Origin: Adineta vaga
Taxonomy: Eukaryota; Animalia; Rotifera
Assembly: GCA_021613535.1 (NCBI GenBank)
Contig: CP075496.1
Coordinates: 8,246,001-8,310,000, forward strand
Length of the DNA: 64,000 nucleotides
Direction of reading: 5' to 3'
Of the stretch, positions 27,560-39,359 are shown piece by piece (position 1 is the stretch's first letter; the number at the start of each line of letters is the position of its first letter). The notes below the pieces were generated by a model. The model was not told the DNA's origin. It saw only the letters and a program-made list of their open reading frames with translations, and did not search any database. The translations under genes and the position numbers were made by a program.

Positions 27560-28645
27560 TCATTCAACTATGAAACGAGTTTGATCTTTGTTATTCAAAT
27601 GTAATTTAGATGCAGAAAGAATTCGTACACAATCATCTTTATCAGTTAACATCATTAATAATTGCCATGGTAATGGTGCTTTTTCAATATTAACACTAAT
27701 CACATGTCTCTTATTGGTATCTTCATGAAATAATTCTAATTGTTTCTTTTCACAATCAAATGTTAAATATAAAACATCATTTGCTGCTATTTCATTACTA
27801 TTATAACCATGTACACTCGGATTACCATTACGAATACCATGTTGATAGACTTGATTGAAACCAAACCATCCAGCAGTAGATATTGAATTGATCGATATTC
27901 GTTTTTGAATAACTTCCGATGAAATACAACCAAAGAAAAGATTATATGGTATGCCACATTGTTCGATTTTGAATAGTATCGTATGTCGACCTTCAGAATA
28001 ACGTTGTTCACCAAGAACATATTCATAATTCCAATCATTACTCGTATGTTTAGCAAGAAGACCATCATTGTCCAAAGTAACACTACCAATAACTTTCGAA
28101 AATCGATCTTGTGTAATTGATACTGGTATATTTTTCATTGTATTTAGATCTTTAATAGAAATTAGTTTAATAACAGACCATTCATTATCGATTAGTTTTG
28201 CTTGAACAGGTGAAATCATTTCTGACTTTAATTGTTTCAATTGATTTATCCAACGATTTAATTCATTTTCGGAATAATCATCAGCTTCACGAGATGAACG
28301 AAGATTCATTGCAAGATCACGATATGTCTTAGTTAATGGTTCTTTTGATTTCTCAATCATTTGTTGTAATTGTTTTCGAGCATTTTCTGCAGATATTTGA
28401 ACTTTTGTTATTGTTTCTTTTTCCCATTCATCAATTTTTAGAAATAAAACATGATCTTTAAATGCTCGTTCGAAATCTCGTTGTAATACATTATGTTCTT
28501 GCATGATACTATCTAATTGTTGACTTAATTTTTGTCGATGTTCAAGCGTATGTTTTCCACAGAATGTTTGTTGACATCCACTGCAAGTCATGACACCAGT
28601 ACTATTCGAACAAGTGATACATTGAAGTTTTTTATCATTGGTCAT
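27560..28645 (-). CDS. B-box/coiled-coil/SPRY-like protein, array copy 6 (intact, intronless)
   Basis: Likely start MTNDKKLQC at 28645, with the same motif series as the other copies. Confidence 0.85.
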   Translation of the reverse strand: MTNDKKLQCITCSNSTGVMTCSGCQQTFCGKHTLEHRQKLSQQLDSIMQEHNVLQRDFERAFKDHVLFLKIDEWEKETITKVQISAENARKQLQQMIEKSKEPLTKTYRDLAMNLRSSREADDYSENELNRWINQLKQLKSEMISPVQAKLIDNEWSVIKLISIKDLNTMKNIPVSITQDRFSKVIGSVTLDNDGLLAKHTSNDWNYEYVLGEQRYSEGRHTILFKIEQCGIPYNLFFGCISSEVIQKRISINSISTAGWFGFNQVYQHGIRNGNPSVHGYNSNEIAANDVLYLTFDCEKKQLELFHEDTNKRHVISVNIEKAPLPWQLLMMLTDKDDCVRILSASKLHLNNKDQTRFIVE

Positions 28646-29283
28646 ATTAATATTGAAATCGTGTAATCGTATAGTGAAGGTTAAAAAGAAAATAAAGTTT
28701 AAATCCAATGTACACATAGAAACAAAAGAAGAGAAAGAAAGAAAGAAAGAAAAACGGTACAAAAATGTTCACAGGTTTTGTCTTTCGATTATGAGTCGAA
28801 GGTGAAAGAAACAGATAGAAAGCCATGTGCTTTTTTTTTAGATTTATGAGATGTTATGTGTCAATAGAGAAGAAATCGAGTAAAAATGCTTTAACTTATG
28901 CATACGTGTGTGAATGAATTTAAAAGTTACTTTTTAGAATAGAAATTGAGAAAGTATATAGTAACTAAAAGATTTATGACGGCAATAATGATTTAAATAT
29001 AAAGATATCAATTTAACTTGATGTATGCTCAACAAAATTGAATTTGTTCTTTTGAGGATATGATACTAGAACGGTTCTAAACGACTTGTTTGTTTTTTTT
29101 TGACACAAAATCAACAGGAAATGTTTATCTTCTCCTGACTACAATCATGATTATAATGTTAGACATATAATTGATGTTATATATTACTTTTATAATCAAT
29201 TAATCGAATTAAGAAGTATGTATATACAAATTTCCCAAGAGTATTGAAGTAGATAGAAGCAGTAAAATGTTTTTATATTGGAT

Positions 29284-29964
29284 TTAACGACGACCATTCA
29301 ATGGTTGAGTCAGCATTTGAATGAGATTCTCATAGTTAACACGACCATCTGAACTAATATTCAATTCACGTAAGATTAAATCGACTATAAATATAGAAAA
29401 AGAAATGATTTGAACGAGCATAGGATCACATAATCATACCATCTTTATCAGTTAATTTTTCTCCTGTATTGGTAAGAAGATATCTCAATTGTTGAGCATC
29501 AATATATCCATGTCGTTGTGTATCATAGAGTTGAAATGCAGCCATGATTTCATTCGGTGTATTTTCTGTTGATCGATGTTCCAAAACAATTTTAAGAAAA
29601 TCATCAAATTCTACGATACCAGCATCTATTTTTGCGACATAAAATTACGTTAGAAAATAACTGACAAAGAGAGCTACATACCTTTTTTATATTTAGTAAA
29701 ATATCGTTTGAGCTCGGCAATTGTTGGTGCCATACTTAATGATCGCATTATAAAACATAATTTATCTGGTGTATCAACATAACCTTGTGGAGCAAATAAT
29801 TGAAAACATTGACGAAAATCTAATTAGAAAATTATTCGATATGTTAAATTGAAATTCATCTCTCTCTCTCTCTTACTGTCAATTTCTTCTTCACTAAAAT
29901 TTTTTGACTAGAAATATCAAATAAAAATGATGCTTCATTATAGTTCTGGTTGATTACTTACCAT
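29284..29964 (-). CDS. Calmodulin-like EF-hand protein (CALML4-like), 5 short exons; absent from the ORF track
   Basis: Spliced translation: M-SKNFSEEEIDNFRQCFQLF..IMRSLSMAPTIAEL..GIVEFDDFL..EIMAAFQLYDTQRHGYID..LTNTGEKLT..DGRVNYENL. Confidence 0.85.
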
Positions 29965-30882
29965 ACTTATTGAATTCTGATTAAATAATCGTGAGAACTC
30001 AAAGAAATCGATTGACGACTTGATTTCTTTGTCCTACTTACTGATCTATATGAATTTGATCGACACAGACATTATATTCTTTTCTTGTACCAAATCAAAC
30101 AGACGAAAAGAAAACTAGGTCGACAAACAATTAGTAAGTAGAAAAGATTAAAGTATTGACAAGGACATGACAGCGATGAATGAAGAGGAAGAGAATAGTT
30201 TATTGAACTATTCGCTCTTTTGTATACCTATTGAACAAATACAATGACCTAAGAGGGCGCTATGTGACAAACATAGACTTTTTCAACAAACGAAAGATAA
30301 ATTCTTTTATAAGATATTTGTGTTTTTGATCATTACATATTTCTACAATATTCATCGATTTGTGTGCTGACATGTATATGGATATACTCTTTTTTTTTCA
30401 CTCCAATAGTGCACTGCGATGTTTTAAATACATATGATGATTTTTACTTTCCGAAGAGAAATCTCTACAACACATGTATAGTCGAGATTCATAAAAGAAC
30501 CATTTCTAAACTGACATTCATTTGTAGTTGCTAGCAATCGCTTATACACTTGTTTTTCAAATATAGCACTTGCTGCAGTAATCAAACACACCATGGTCTT
30601 TACAACTTAGTCATACAATAAAGAAAATACAAATGGTATATCTTTCCGCTCATTATTTTCATATCTATCTATGAGTATTTTTCAGTTCACTGCAACGAAA
30701 GAAAAGAGAAAGAACATATTCATATTCATTCTTTTCTACTATGCATTTTAAGATACACTTGAATGAATCACATACAGGTAGGCATGGTTGAAAGAAGCGT
30801 CTTTCTATGTCGTAATCATAACACATCACATGTTTGTATTCATTATGTATCACTATGAATTGAAAATTGAAAATTATTTCAA

Positions 30883-32118
30883 ATGAATAATATTTGGATT
30901 TTGTTCTCTTGTCTTTTATATTCCATCGATGGTAGAATTACGAGACCTCGAATATGTCGAAATTGTACGGGAAAAATCCATAAAAAACAAGATTTAGAAT
31001 TAACGAAATTACCATTAATTATCGACAAAACTCAGATATGTATAAAGGCAAATTATGAATATTTCATTATAATTAAATCTGGAAGTTTTTCACGACGAAA
31101 TTTTACTCGATCAACATGGGCAAAAGAAATGAAAGAACATTTTCATATTCCTATTCTATACGCGATCGGTACTCCGAAGAATTCGTCAATTCAAAAAGAT
31201 CTTTTTGCTGAAGATGAACAATTTCATGATTTATTACAATTTAATTTTCTGGAAAACTATTATAATTTAACGATTAAAACGACTAGTGTTTTAGTTTGGT
31301 ATGATCGACATTGTTCAAAAACTAGTAAATATTTATTCTATGTTGACGATGATCTTCTTATTCATACGGAAAAATTTATTATTTACATGATGCAAATGAA
31401 TTATTCGGATGCAATGGAAGGTTGGTTTGAAAAAGCCGGAAAAATTCTCCGAACAGGTGTTGGTGGTGTTACAAAAGAAGATTTTCCAATTGATATTACA
31501 CCAGATTATTTGTGGGGTGCAGCAGTCTTATATCCATCGAATATTGTATCGAATCTCTTGATAAAATTTATATTTAATACGACATTACCCATATTTTTTC
31601 GTGATGATGTATTTATCAATGCTTTCATAGCAGAAGAAGCTGGAATAAAACGACAACAAATGAAAGGACTCGTATTGTATGATCCAACTGAAGATAGTTT
31701 GAAAGATAATATGATTGTAATTGATTTTACAAATGAAGAACATCGCTATCGAGCATGGAATTGTTATAAATATAATAAGCAATGTAATCGAAATCTGTTA
31801 TTAACGTTATTTAAATTCTTTTCAGTATTAAGTTTATTTGGAATAATAATTTTATCTTGTTGTAAAATGATCAAAGCAATGAAATGTTATAAACCATTAA
31901 TTTATCAATTGGATGCGATTTATTATGAAATGAAAACGATATGCGAACAAAATTTGAGCGTATTTACGATTATTATGAGAAAATTTTGTCCAACGATTAA
32001 ATGTCGAAGAGTAAAATTTACTATTTATTTAATATTACATTCAAAACGAAATTATATTCGACTAGGCTTTTTTGTTATTATTCTAATTGTTTTTTATCAT
32101 TTTCTTCTAAATAAGTAG
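30883..32118 (+). CDS. Beta-1,3-galactosyltransferase-like (GT31), single exon
   Basis: RRNFTRSTW, EDEQFHDLLQ..ENYYNLTIKT, YVDDD, PDYLWGAA, DDVFI. Confidence 0.88.
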   Translation: MNNIWILFSCLLYSIDGRITRPRICRNCTGKIHKKQDLELTKLPLIIDKTQICIKANYEYFIIIKSGSFSRRNFTRSTWAKEMKEHFHIPILYAIGTPKNSSIQKDLFAEDEQFHDLLQFNFLENYYNLTIKTTSVLVWYDRHCSKTSKYLFYVDDDLLIHTEKFIIYMMQMNYSDAMEGWFEKAGKILRTGVGGVTKEDFPIDITPDYLWGAAVLYPSNIVSNLLIKFIFNTTLPIFFRDDVFINAFIAEEAGIKRQQMKGLVLYDPTEDSLKDNMIVIDFTNEEHRYRAWNCYKYNKQCNRNLLLTLFKFFSVLSLFGIIILSCCKMIKAMKCYKPLIYQLDAIYYEMKTICEQNLSVFTIIMRKFCPTIKCRRVKFTIYLILHSKRNYIRLGFFVIILIVFYHFLLNK

Positions 32119-32399
32119 TTTCTTTTTTATATTCGAAATATTTATTGTCATATCATATACCACACCCTGACAAGAAAAAAAGTTAAAACAAAAAACAAAG
32201 ATGAATCTATTCTTTTGATTCATTGCATAAATCGTCAATTTCATTGGAATAGAATATTTAAACATCAGTTTTAAAAACGGATAGTAACATTCAAACAAAA
32301 AAAAGAGAGATTTTATATCTCGAACAAAACATTCGCAACGATATTTTGTTTACATAATTAAAATATTACAAAAATATTTTCTTATCACTTCTATTCGAA

Positions 32400-34500
32400 T
32401 CAGTCATCTTCATTTTCTAATGATGGTTCTACTGTTAATGCACTACCATGCCCACTTCGTTCTCTAGTTAATGATGTTCCATATGTCCATTCATCCGTTT
32501 CAGGATCATAGATTTCAACAACGGATGAAAAACTTCGTCCATCATAACCACCCAAAGCAAAAAGACGTTTATCAAGTGTAACACAACTAAGTGCTGAACG
32601 ACGACAATTTAATGGTCGAACATAAGACCATTGTTGTGTTATTGTATCATATCGTTCGACAATATCTAATTGCATAGGTCCTTCAATATTATCCGATGCA
32701 TAACCACCAACAACATATATACATTCAGCTAGAGGAGCAGCTGCAGCACCAGAACGAGCACAGGAAAGTGGTTGTTCACGTTTCCATATATTCGTATCAG
32801 GATTATAAGATTCAACATCTGCTAATCGTCGATGTCCATCAAAACCACCAATTGCATATAATAAACGACTATGTGTACAAACAGCTAAACCAGTACGTGG
32901 TATATGCATTGAAGCAACTTCTTCCCATACATCTTTATCAGACAATGGAGTATATCGTTCAACAGTTGCATGTAATTGTTGACCACATAAACCACCAACA
33001 GCATAAATACTATGATCAATAGTACCGACACCAAGACGATTTCGTGGATAGATCATTGGTGCAACTAATGTCCATTTATTAACAAATGGATCATAACGTT
33101 CAACATCATGACAATCTCGATTTTCATTTCTGAAAAAAGATAACAAAACATCAGTTTAAAATCTATAATCTTTTTCAAAAACGATTATTTACTTTGTACT
33201 ATATTTTCCACCAATAACATACACACGCATATTAAGAGAAACAACGCCGACACCACTTCTTGGAACTTGTAAATCTGCACATCGTTTCCATTTTTGTGTT
33301 TCTAAAAAATAACATTCCATCGTTTGAATAGGTTTATTAAAATAACCACCCGCACAATCTAAATTAATCAATCAATAAAAATCAAAAAGAAAATCACAAT
33401 GTAAACATACAGATAACAAGTGGTTTAATCGGTGCACGATGTGGTGGTAAACGAAAGTAACGATGTGAAGTTAAATTTTCATAAACATTAGCAAGAAATT
33501 CTCGACAACGTTGCATATCAGGTGGAGCAAAATCGTCACAATTAATTACATCTTTTAAAAATAATGGATCAAGAAATTGTAAACGAATACATGGCAAGAT
33601 TTCAGAAAGTTCAGCACGTCGATTGGATACATCATGCCGCACCCATTGCATTGCTGCCTAAGTAAAAACAAATGAATTGCTATGATTTTATAATTCGAAA
33701 GAAGACAACGTTTTTTTTTCTTACGTTGTAGATAATAGATTCACATTTAACTTTGACTTTATCATCTTTAATAATTGAAAAAACATCTGGGAAAGTAAGT
33801 GTAAGAAATTCTTCATGTCGTACAACATCTTCAAAATGTTCGAAAATATAATGTAGAGCAGCTTCTGTCAATGGAGGACATTGATACTGTTTTCCATAAA
33901 GAAATAATCCCACACAATTTGATGCATGGAATTGATCACGAAGATATGCAACACATAATTCAATTAAATCATCAATTAACAATGGAAGTGATCCTTTTAA
34001 AACGCCCAGTACCTAAACAAAACAGAATTAAGTTCGTTCAAAAAATCAAAAATCTCTAAACTTTATTCAACTTACACATTTATCATTCAATTGAACATGT
34101 GATGTATAAAGAAAATCTAAGATAATACTCATGGCTTGTGGACAAGGGACTGTTTGAGTTAAATCAATATCTTGTAATGTACGTGATTCAATATGTCCAG
34201 ATGTACCAAACATGGAAGAAAAATAAGGACAAGCTGATGCTAATACAACTTTATGTGCTAAGAAACGTTGACCACTGACACATAAAATTACATCACAAAA
34301 GAGTCCTCTCTTCGATACATTGCCATTGTATTAGTTAGATGAGCAGATCGACTAGATTTTATTTGATAAGAACGATCTGAACCAGAATGAATTTTCATTG
34401 TATATTTGCCCATGTCAAATTCGTTTAATTCATTCATAGAAAGTAAACCATCAAAATCGTCAACTGCATTTGTATCTATTTGGTAGTGCCCGTTTAGCAT
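32400..34500 (-). CDS. KEAP1: Kelch-like ECH-associated protein 1 (BTB-BACK-6 kelch); apparent 1-nt frameshift near 34305
   Basis: FLAHKVVLAS, NCVGL, WVRHD, and KEAP1-typical kelch blades ADLQVPRSG, PRNRLGVG, LLYAIGGFDG, ARSGA, RRSAL, LGGYDG, RSGHG. Confidence 0.87.
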
Positions 34501-35339
34501 GACAATGCCTTTTCTTGTCGAAAAATAAAATACAGAACAACAAAAAACTTTTTTTTGCACTGCTCACCATGATATCTGCAAGTTACTTGATAAAGTACGT
34601 TCTTGTCTTGCTAGTCTCACTCAGCACTCACTCACATCACATCACATCGCATGTTATCAATGATTACCTAGATATTTTCTACTAATTAAATTTTAATGAA
34701 TATTTTTATCTTCAAAATGAAATTTTCAAAAGAAGACATTTATAATAGATACGTTTTCTTAGAATTTTATTCATTTTTCTTTCTTCAATCTAGATGTCGC
34801 GCTAATGCAAATCAATCGATATTTCATATTTTGAGACGATATAGGATTCACGTGATATAAAATGTACTTTTAATCGTAAAATAAAATCGAAATATGATTT
34901 ATTTGATTAAAATATAATCATAGTCCATCGATAAAAATGATAAAATCTATAATTTCCATATGAGTAAAAAGGAACTTGATTATAGTTAACAAAAAAAAAA
35001 GATTAATAATAAAATGTATCCGATTATATCTTCTATAATAAGTACAGGCAAACGTTTTTATGCATATTTTGGATATACATATATCATCATCATCATCATA
35101 AATGTGATATCGAATCATAGATTAAATAAGATGAAAGATAAGAAGACAAACATCGAAACTTGATGAGTAACAACAATAAAGCAAATAATAATATTACTAT
35201 GTTTTTCTCAAAAATCTTTTTCTTACTGTATATACTCGATTAAATGGATCTATATATTCTAAAAATAAACAAATTCTTTTACTTATCATTTAGATTGTTG
35301 TGATATTATCTCTCATTGTAACAAGCAAGACGAATACTT

Positions 35340-35711
35340 ATGAGTGGTGAACGTATACCTCTTTCGAGTGCGAGTGTTGATGCTAGTTTTTATACTGGTC
35401 AAGAAGTTTCCACCGGAGATTCTGGTACAAGTGGAATTGCTCGTCGTATTCTCCATGGTTTAACAATAATCTCGGTTTTAGTTGCTGCTGGCACTACAAT
35501 CTATGGATCAGTTCAAGCTGAATCAGCTGTTATTGTCCTACCATTTATTGTTGTATTGACTTGGTTGTTCATACATTTTCTACTATTATTTTTTTCAAAA
35601 AAAGATCATCATGATTTTCATCCACCGGCATGGTTTATATTTGTCTCAAGTGGACATATTTTTATACAATCATTAATTGTGATTATTTTAACATTATTTA
35701 AAAAAAGTTAA
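35340..35711 (+). CDS. Small three-TM membrane protein of unknown function
   Basis: 123 aa ORF just after a splice acceptor, with three hydrophobic segments. Confidence 0.7.
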   Translation: MSGERIPLSSASVDASFYTGQEVSTGDSGTSGIARRILHGLTIISVLVAAGTTIYGSVQAESAVIVLPFIVVLTWLFIHFLLLFFSKKDHHDFHPPAWFIFVSSGHIFIQSLIVIILTLFKKS

Positions 35712-36233
35712 TTAGAAATTAATTCATGAATAAAATATCGACGCATAGTATCTTTTCTGTAGTTTAGTTCTTTTTCATCAAAACATTTCCATACTTTACT
35801 CTAGAGAACGCATGAGTATGTCACATTAATTAGAAGTAGAACTAGAAAAAATATGTGTGTACAATTCATTTTGAAAACTAATAACAAATACGAAGAAATT
35901 GACACATATGAATCTTAAATTATCCAATCTGATTTTGATAGTAATCGTTACAAATACTTCTTGTGACAGGAAATAGTTAGCGATTCAATTTTTTCATCCT
36001 CTATAATATGGGAGAAAACATTAGTTTTCTAGGATATTCAGAATGTTCGCTGCAGACATAGTTTTCTTAAATGCGACTGTGAAAGGAAGTTGTTGTTATT
36101 GTCTAGATAAAAGATGAAAACATGTTAATTGCTGAACTGCATTCTCTATATTTCAAAGTCCAAATTAGAACTTTCATGATTTGTTTTATTTAATATAGAG
36201 TGTTCAATAAATTAAAATAGCGCTTCTATTCGA

Positions 36234-36987
36234 ATGATATATTTGATAATTCTTCTCGTTTATATTCATCAAGGATTTTCTGAACCTAAAATCATATTTT
36301 CATTTGATAATAATCATATACAAGAATTACTTCATAATAATTGTTCATCTTTAAATGAAAATTCTCATTTATTTGCATGTTCAAATGAGCTATTCTATTA
36401 TTTACAATTCAATTTAGATATTTCATTAACTTCCGTTCAATCGAAATCTAATCAATGCAAAATTCTAATCAAATATAATCCTATATCAATTTCATTTTCA
36501 ACTCATTCGATTATCGTTAACCAAGAAAATATTGTAACGATTGTTATGAGAAAAAAAGACCATCACTTATTTTTTCAATCGTATTCTTTGTTCATAGAAT
36601 ATTCAGTGGAATAAATCTTTAAGAATCTTCGTTTATAATCCAACAAATGAAAGGAATTATTGTTCATTTGAATTATTACCAATAGGTTCAATTTGTGCTT
36701 ATTCATCTTCAATTATACCACAGAATATATCTTGTTTTATAAACATAACTCTTTCTAAAGATGATTATTTTGAAACTCTTCATTCCTCTTCACTTAATAT
36801 CAACACAACTTCATTACTTCAACAAAAAACAAAAGTTAATCAACAGTTTTTTTCATTTTTAATAACTATCATTCTCATTACTTTATTTTCTCAACTCTTA
36901 CTCCTCGGGAATTTTCTTCATCTTGAACGGACTCATCATGATATACCAAATTATTTAAAATACTATGATAATTCATCTAATGATTGA
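36234..36987 (+). CDS. Uncharacterised protein with signal peptide and C-terminal TM, 2 exons
   Basis: Signal-like MIYLIILLVYIHQGFS, intron about 36534-36597, a Cys-containing ectodomain and TM FFSFLITIILITLF. Confidence 0.6.
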
Positions 36988-37537
36988 GGTTGCTTTCATG
37001 CATAATACACTTGTACTTACAAGCATATTATCAGAGTAATCAACTACTGATCAAAACATCTTTTTTTTCTTATTCTATTCGAAGAAGAAAAAAAAATCTG
37101 TCAGCCCATCGTCGGGTTGTCTATTCTCTTTTCTCTAATGTTTACTTTGGTAGAACACAAGTTTTTTCCTTGATGAATATTAGATGTGGTGTAGAAAGAG
37201 AAACTAGGTTTGACAACCTGTCAATCAACTAGAATATTCTTTCTAGTTAATATTTTTTTTTTATATATCACTCATAACATGTGTTAGTCAAACCAATTTG
37301 ATATGATTGTTTTCGTAATAGGAAAAACACAGTTTTATTTTTCTTGAAAGTTTCTGTAAAAGAATTTTCTTCGAACGTCATTAGGTAACAACCACTAATC
37401 GAGTACATTTTAATTCATACTTTAAATTGACAAAGTACCAACGCTTAATTACTAGCATCGTCTTTTTTTTTCTATAAGTACTTCTATGCTTTGATAGAAT
37501 CAGACAGATTCTCTTCTTACTTAGGTTTTTTTTTTAG

Positions 37538-39359
37538 ATGCTGAATACTACATTAAATTCAATAATGTTTTATCATCAATGGTCGACAGATAAATTTCTT
37601 CGAATATTTATTTTAAGTAGCATTTTATGTCTAACATTGTTTGGAAATATTTATATTCTCTTCGAATTATTATACCATCGTCATCGTACTCGTTTACATT
37701 TATTTATATTTAATTTAGCAATTGGTGATTTAACTATATGTTGTTGCACAATGACATCAGAATTATTTCTTATTCTTTATGATCAAGAATGGATTTTAGG
37801 AAATATTGCCTGTAAATTAACATTATATATTCAAATTGTGACAATTGCATCAACAACATTTATTAATGTAGCAATGACGTATGATCGGTAAAGTAATTTT
37901 TGCTAAAAGATTCTATTTTTAAGTTCATAAGAGAGTGACATTTATAGATGATAATGGACCTGCGAAAAAAATTATTTGTAAATTTCTATTTCGATAGTTT
38001 TATTTGTAATTAGATTTTTTTGTTCGCTTACAGTTGATTTGATTCTTATGTGACATTGATTCATTATTAGATCAGCTTCCAATGATTATTTCAGTATTAT
38101 TAAATCACATTGTAATATATTCTTTATATGACACATAGAAAAATAATGCTCTTTCGCACGTATGAAAGACGAATTTTCTTATTGATATTTGAAAAAAAAT
38201 GATTATCACGTGTTATTGATCGATATATATGTTTGCGTTATTTTGAGAATTCTATCGAAATGAAACGGTTCTTCATGAAAGATACTTAAGGATGTTTATA
38301 TACTTGAGAAGATACTACTATCTAAATAGAAGAAGAATGTTTCGACCTAAAAGTACCATAAGCATTCATTAGTATTTAATAAATAAGAGTAATGTCATAT
38401 GTCCCCAAACGTAGTAACTAATAAAGAATAAAGCATAATTATAATTAAAAAAAATAAAAATTTATCAGACATATACCAATTTTAATTTACTGCTGAAACA
38501 AAATATATGCTGTCAAAACAAGACGACGAAGATTTTCTGAATAAATCTTATAAATAATATTTGCTTGACTTATCTCTTTTTAAATGAAAGAAAATCTGTA
38601 TTCTAATCTTGATTTAGATATGAAGCTGTCTGTTGTCCATTACGAATAGTAATATCATTTGGTCGTATTTATCGAATTATCATTCTCTGTTGGTTATGTT
38701 CATTTATTGTTGCTATACCTCAAGTATTCATTTTCGAACAAAGTCTTTTTCCTGGTAATTCAACTAAACATCGTTGTGCAAGTACAGGCTATACTGCTGA
38801 ATGGCAACGTCGTGCTTATTTCACAATATTTGTTACTTATATATTGATTATCCCAGTCATTTGTATGACATTTTGGTATATTCAAATTATAAGTGCAATT
38901 AGTATATCATCCAAAGTATGGACACAACATATGCGTGGTGAAACAATAGCGAACATATCTGTTAATTTAACTTCACCGACTAAAGTGAAAACAGTTAAAT
39001 TAGCATTAACAATTATCATTGTTTTCGTTATCTGCTGGACACCATATATGGTTTTGACATTAATTGAAATCTATTCCAACGGTCGTTTTCGTATTCCATC
39101 TTGGGGTGATGCAATCTTAAAAGCAATGTGTTTCATTCAAAGTAGTCTCAATCCATTTATATACTTGCGATTTAATCAAAGAAAAAAATATTCGCCAATA
39201 TTAATTCTCGCAGCTGCTTCAACCCTTTCAAATACTAATCATAGAAAAAACCGACGAAAACAACGTGAACGTGGTGGTTCAATATCATTAAATTCATTTG
39301 CAGAAGTATCGTTTCGAAAAAATACATTCACTTCAATCGAAGAAAGACCAGAATCATAA
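37538..39359 (+). CDS. Class A neuropeptide GPCR, vasopressin/oxytocin-CCAP-GnRH receptor superfamily, 2 exons
   Basis: GN, NLAIGD, WILGNIACK, DR|YEAVCCP split by an intron (about 37888-38618), KVKTVK, ICWTPY, LNPFIY. Confidence 0.85.

Noticed and set aside
19363-32118. Fucosyl- and galactosyltransferase flanking the array as a functional glycan cluster
   Set aside because: They are separated by unrelated genes, both families are large, and nothing links them beyond proximity.
32696-33022. 108 aa His/Gln-rich plus-strand ORF, and similar short ORFs opposite real exons
   Set aside because: These are antisense or alternative-frame shadows of KEAP1 and other exons, with no independent features.
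34616-34627. ARE/MARE-like TGCTGAGTGAG (minus strand) upstream of KEAP1
   Set aside because: It mismatches the TGAGTCA core and lies within a low-complexity (CACT)n tract.
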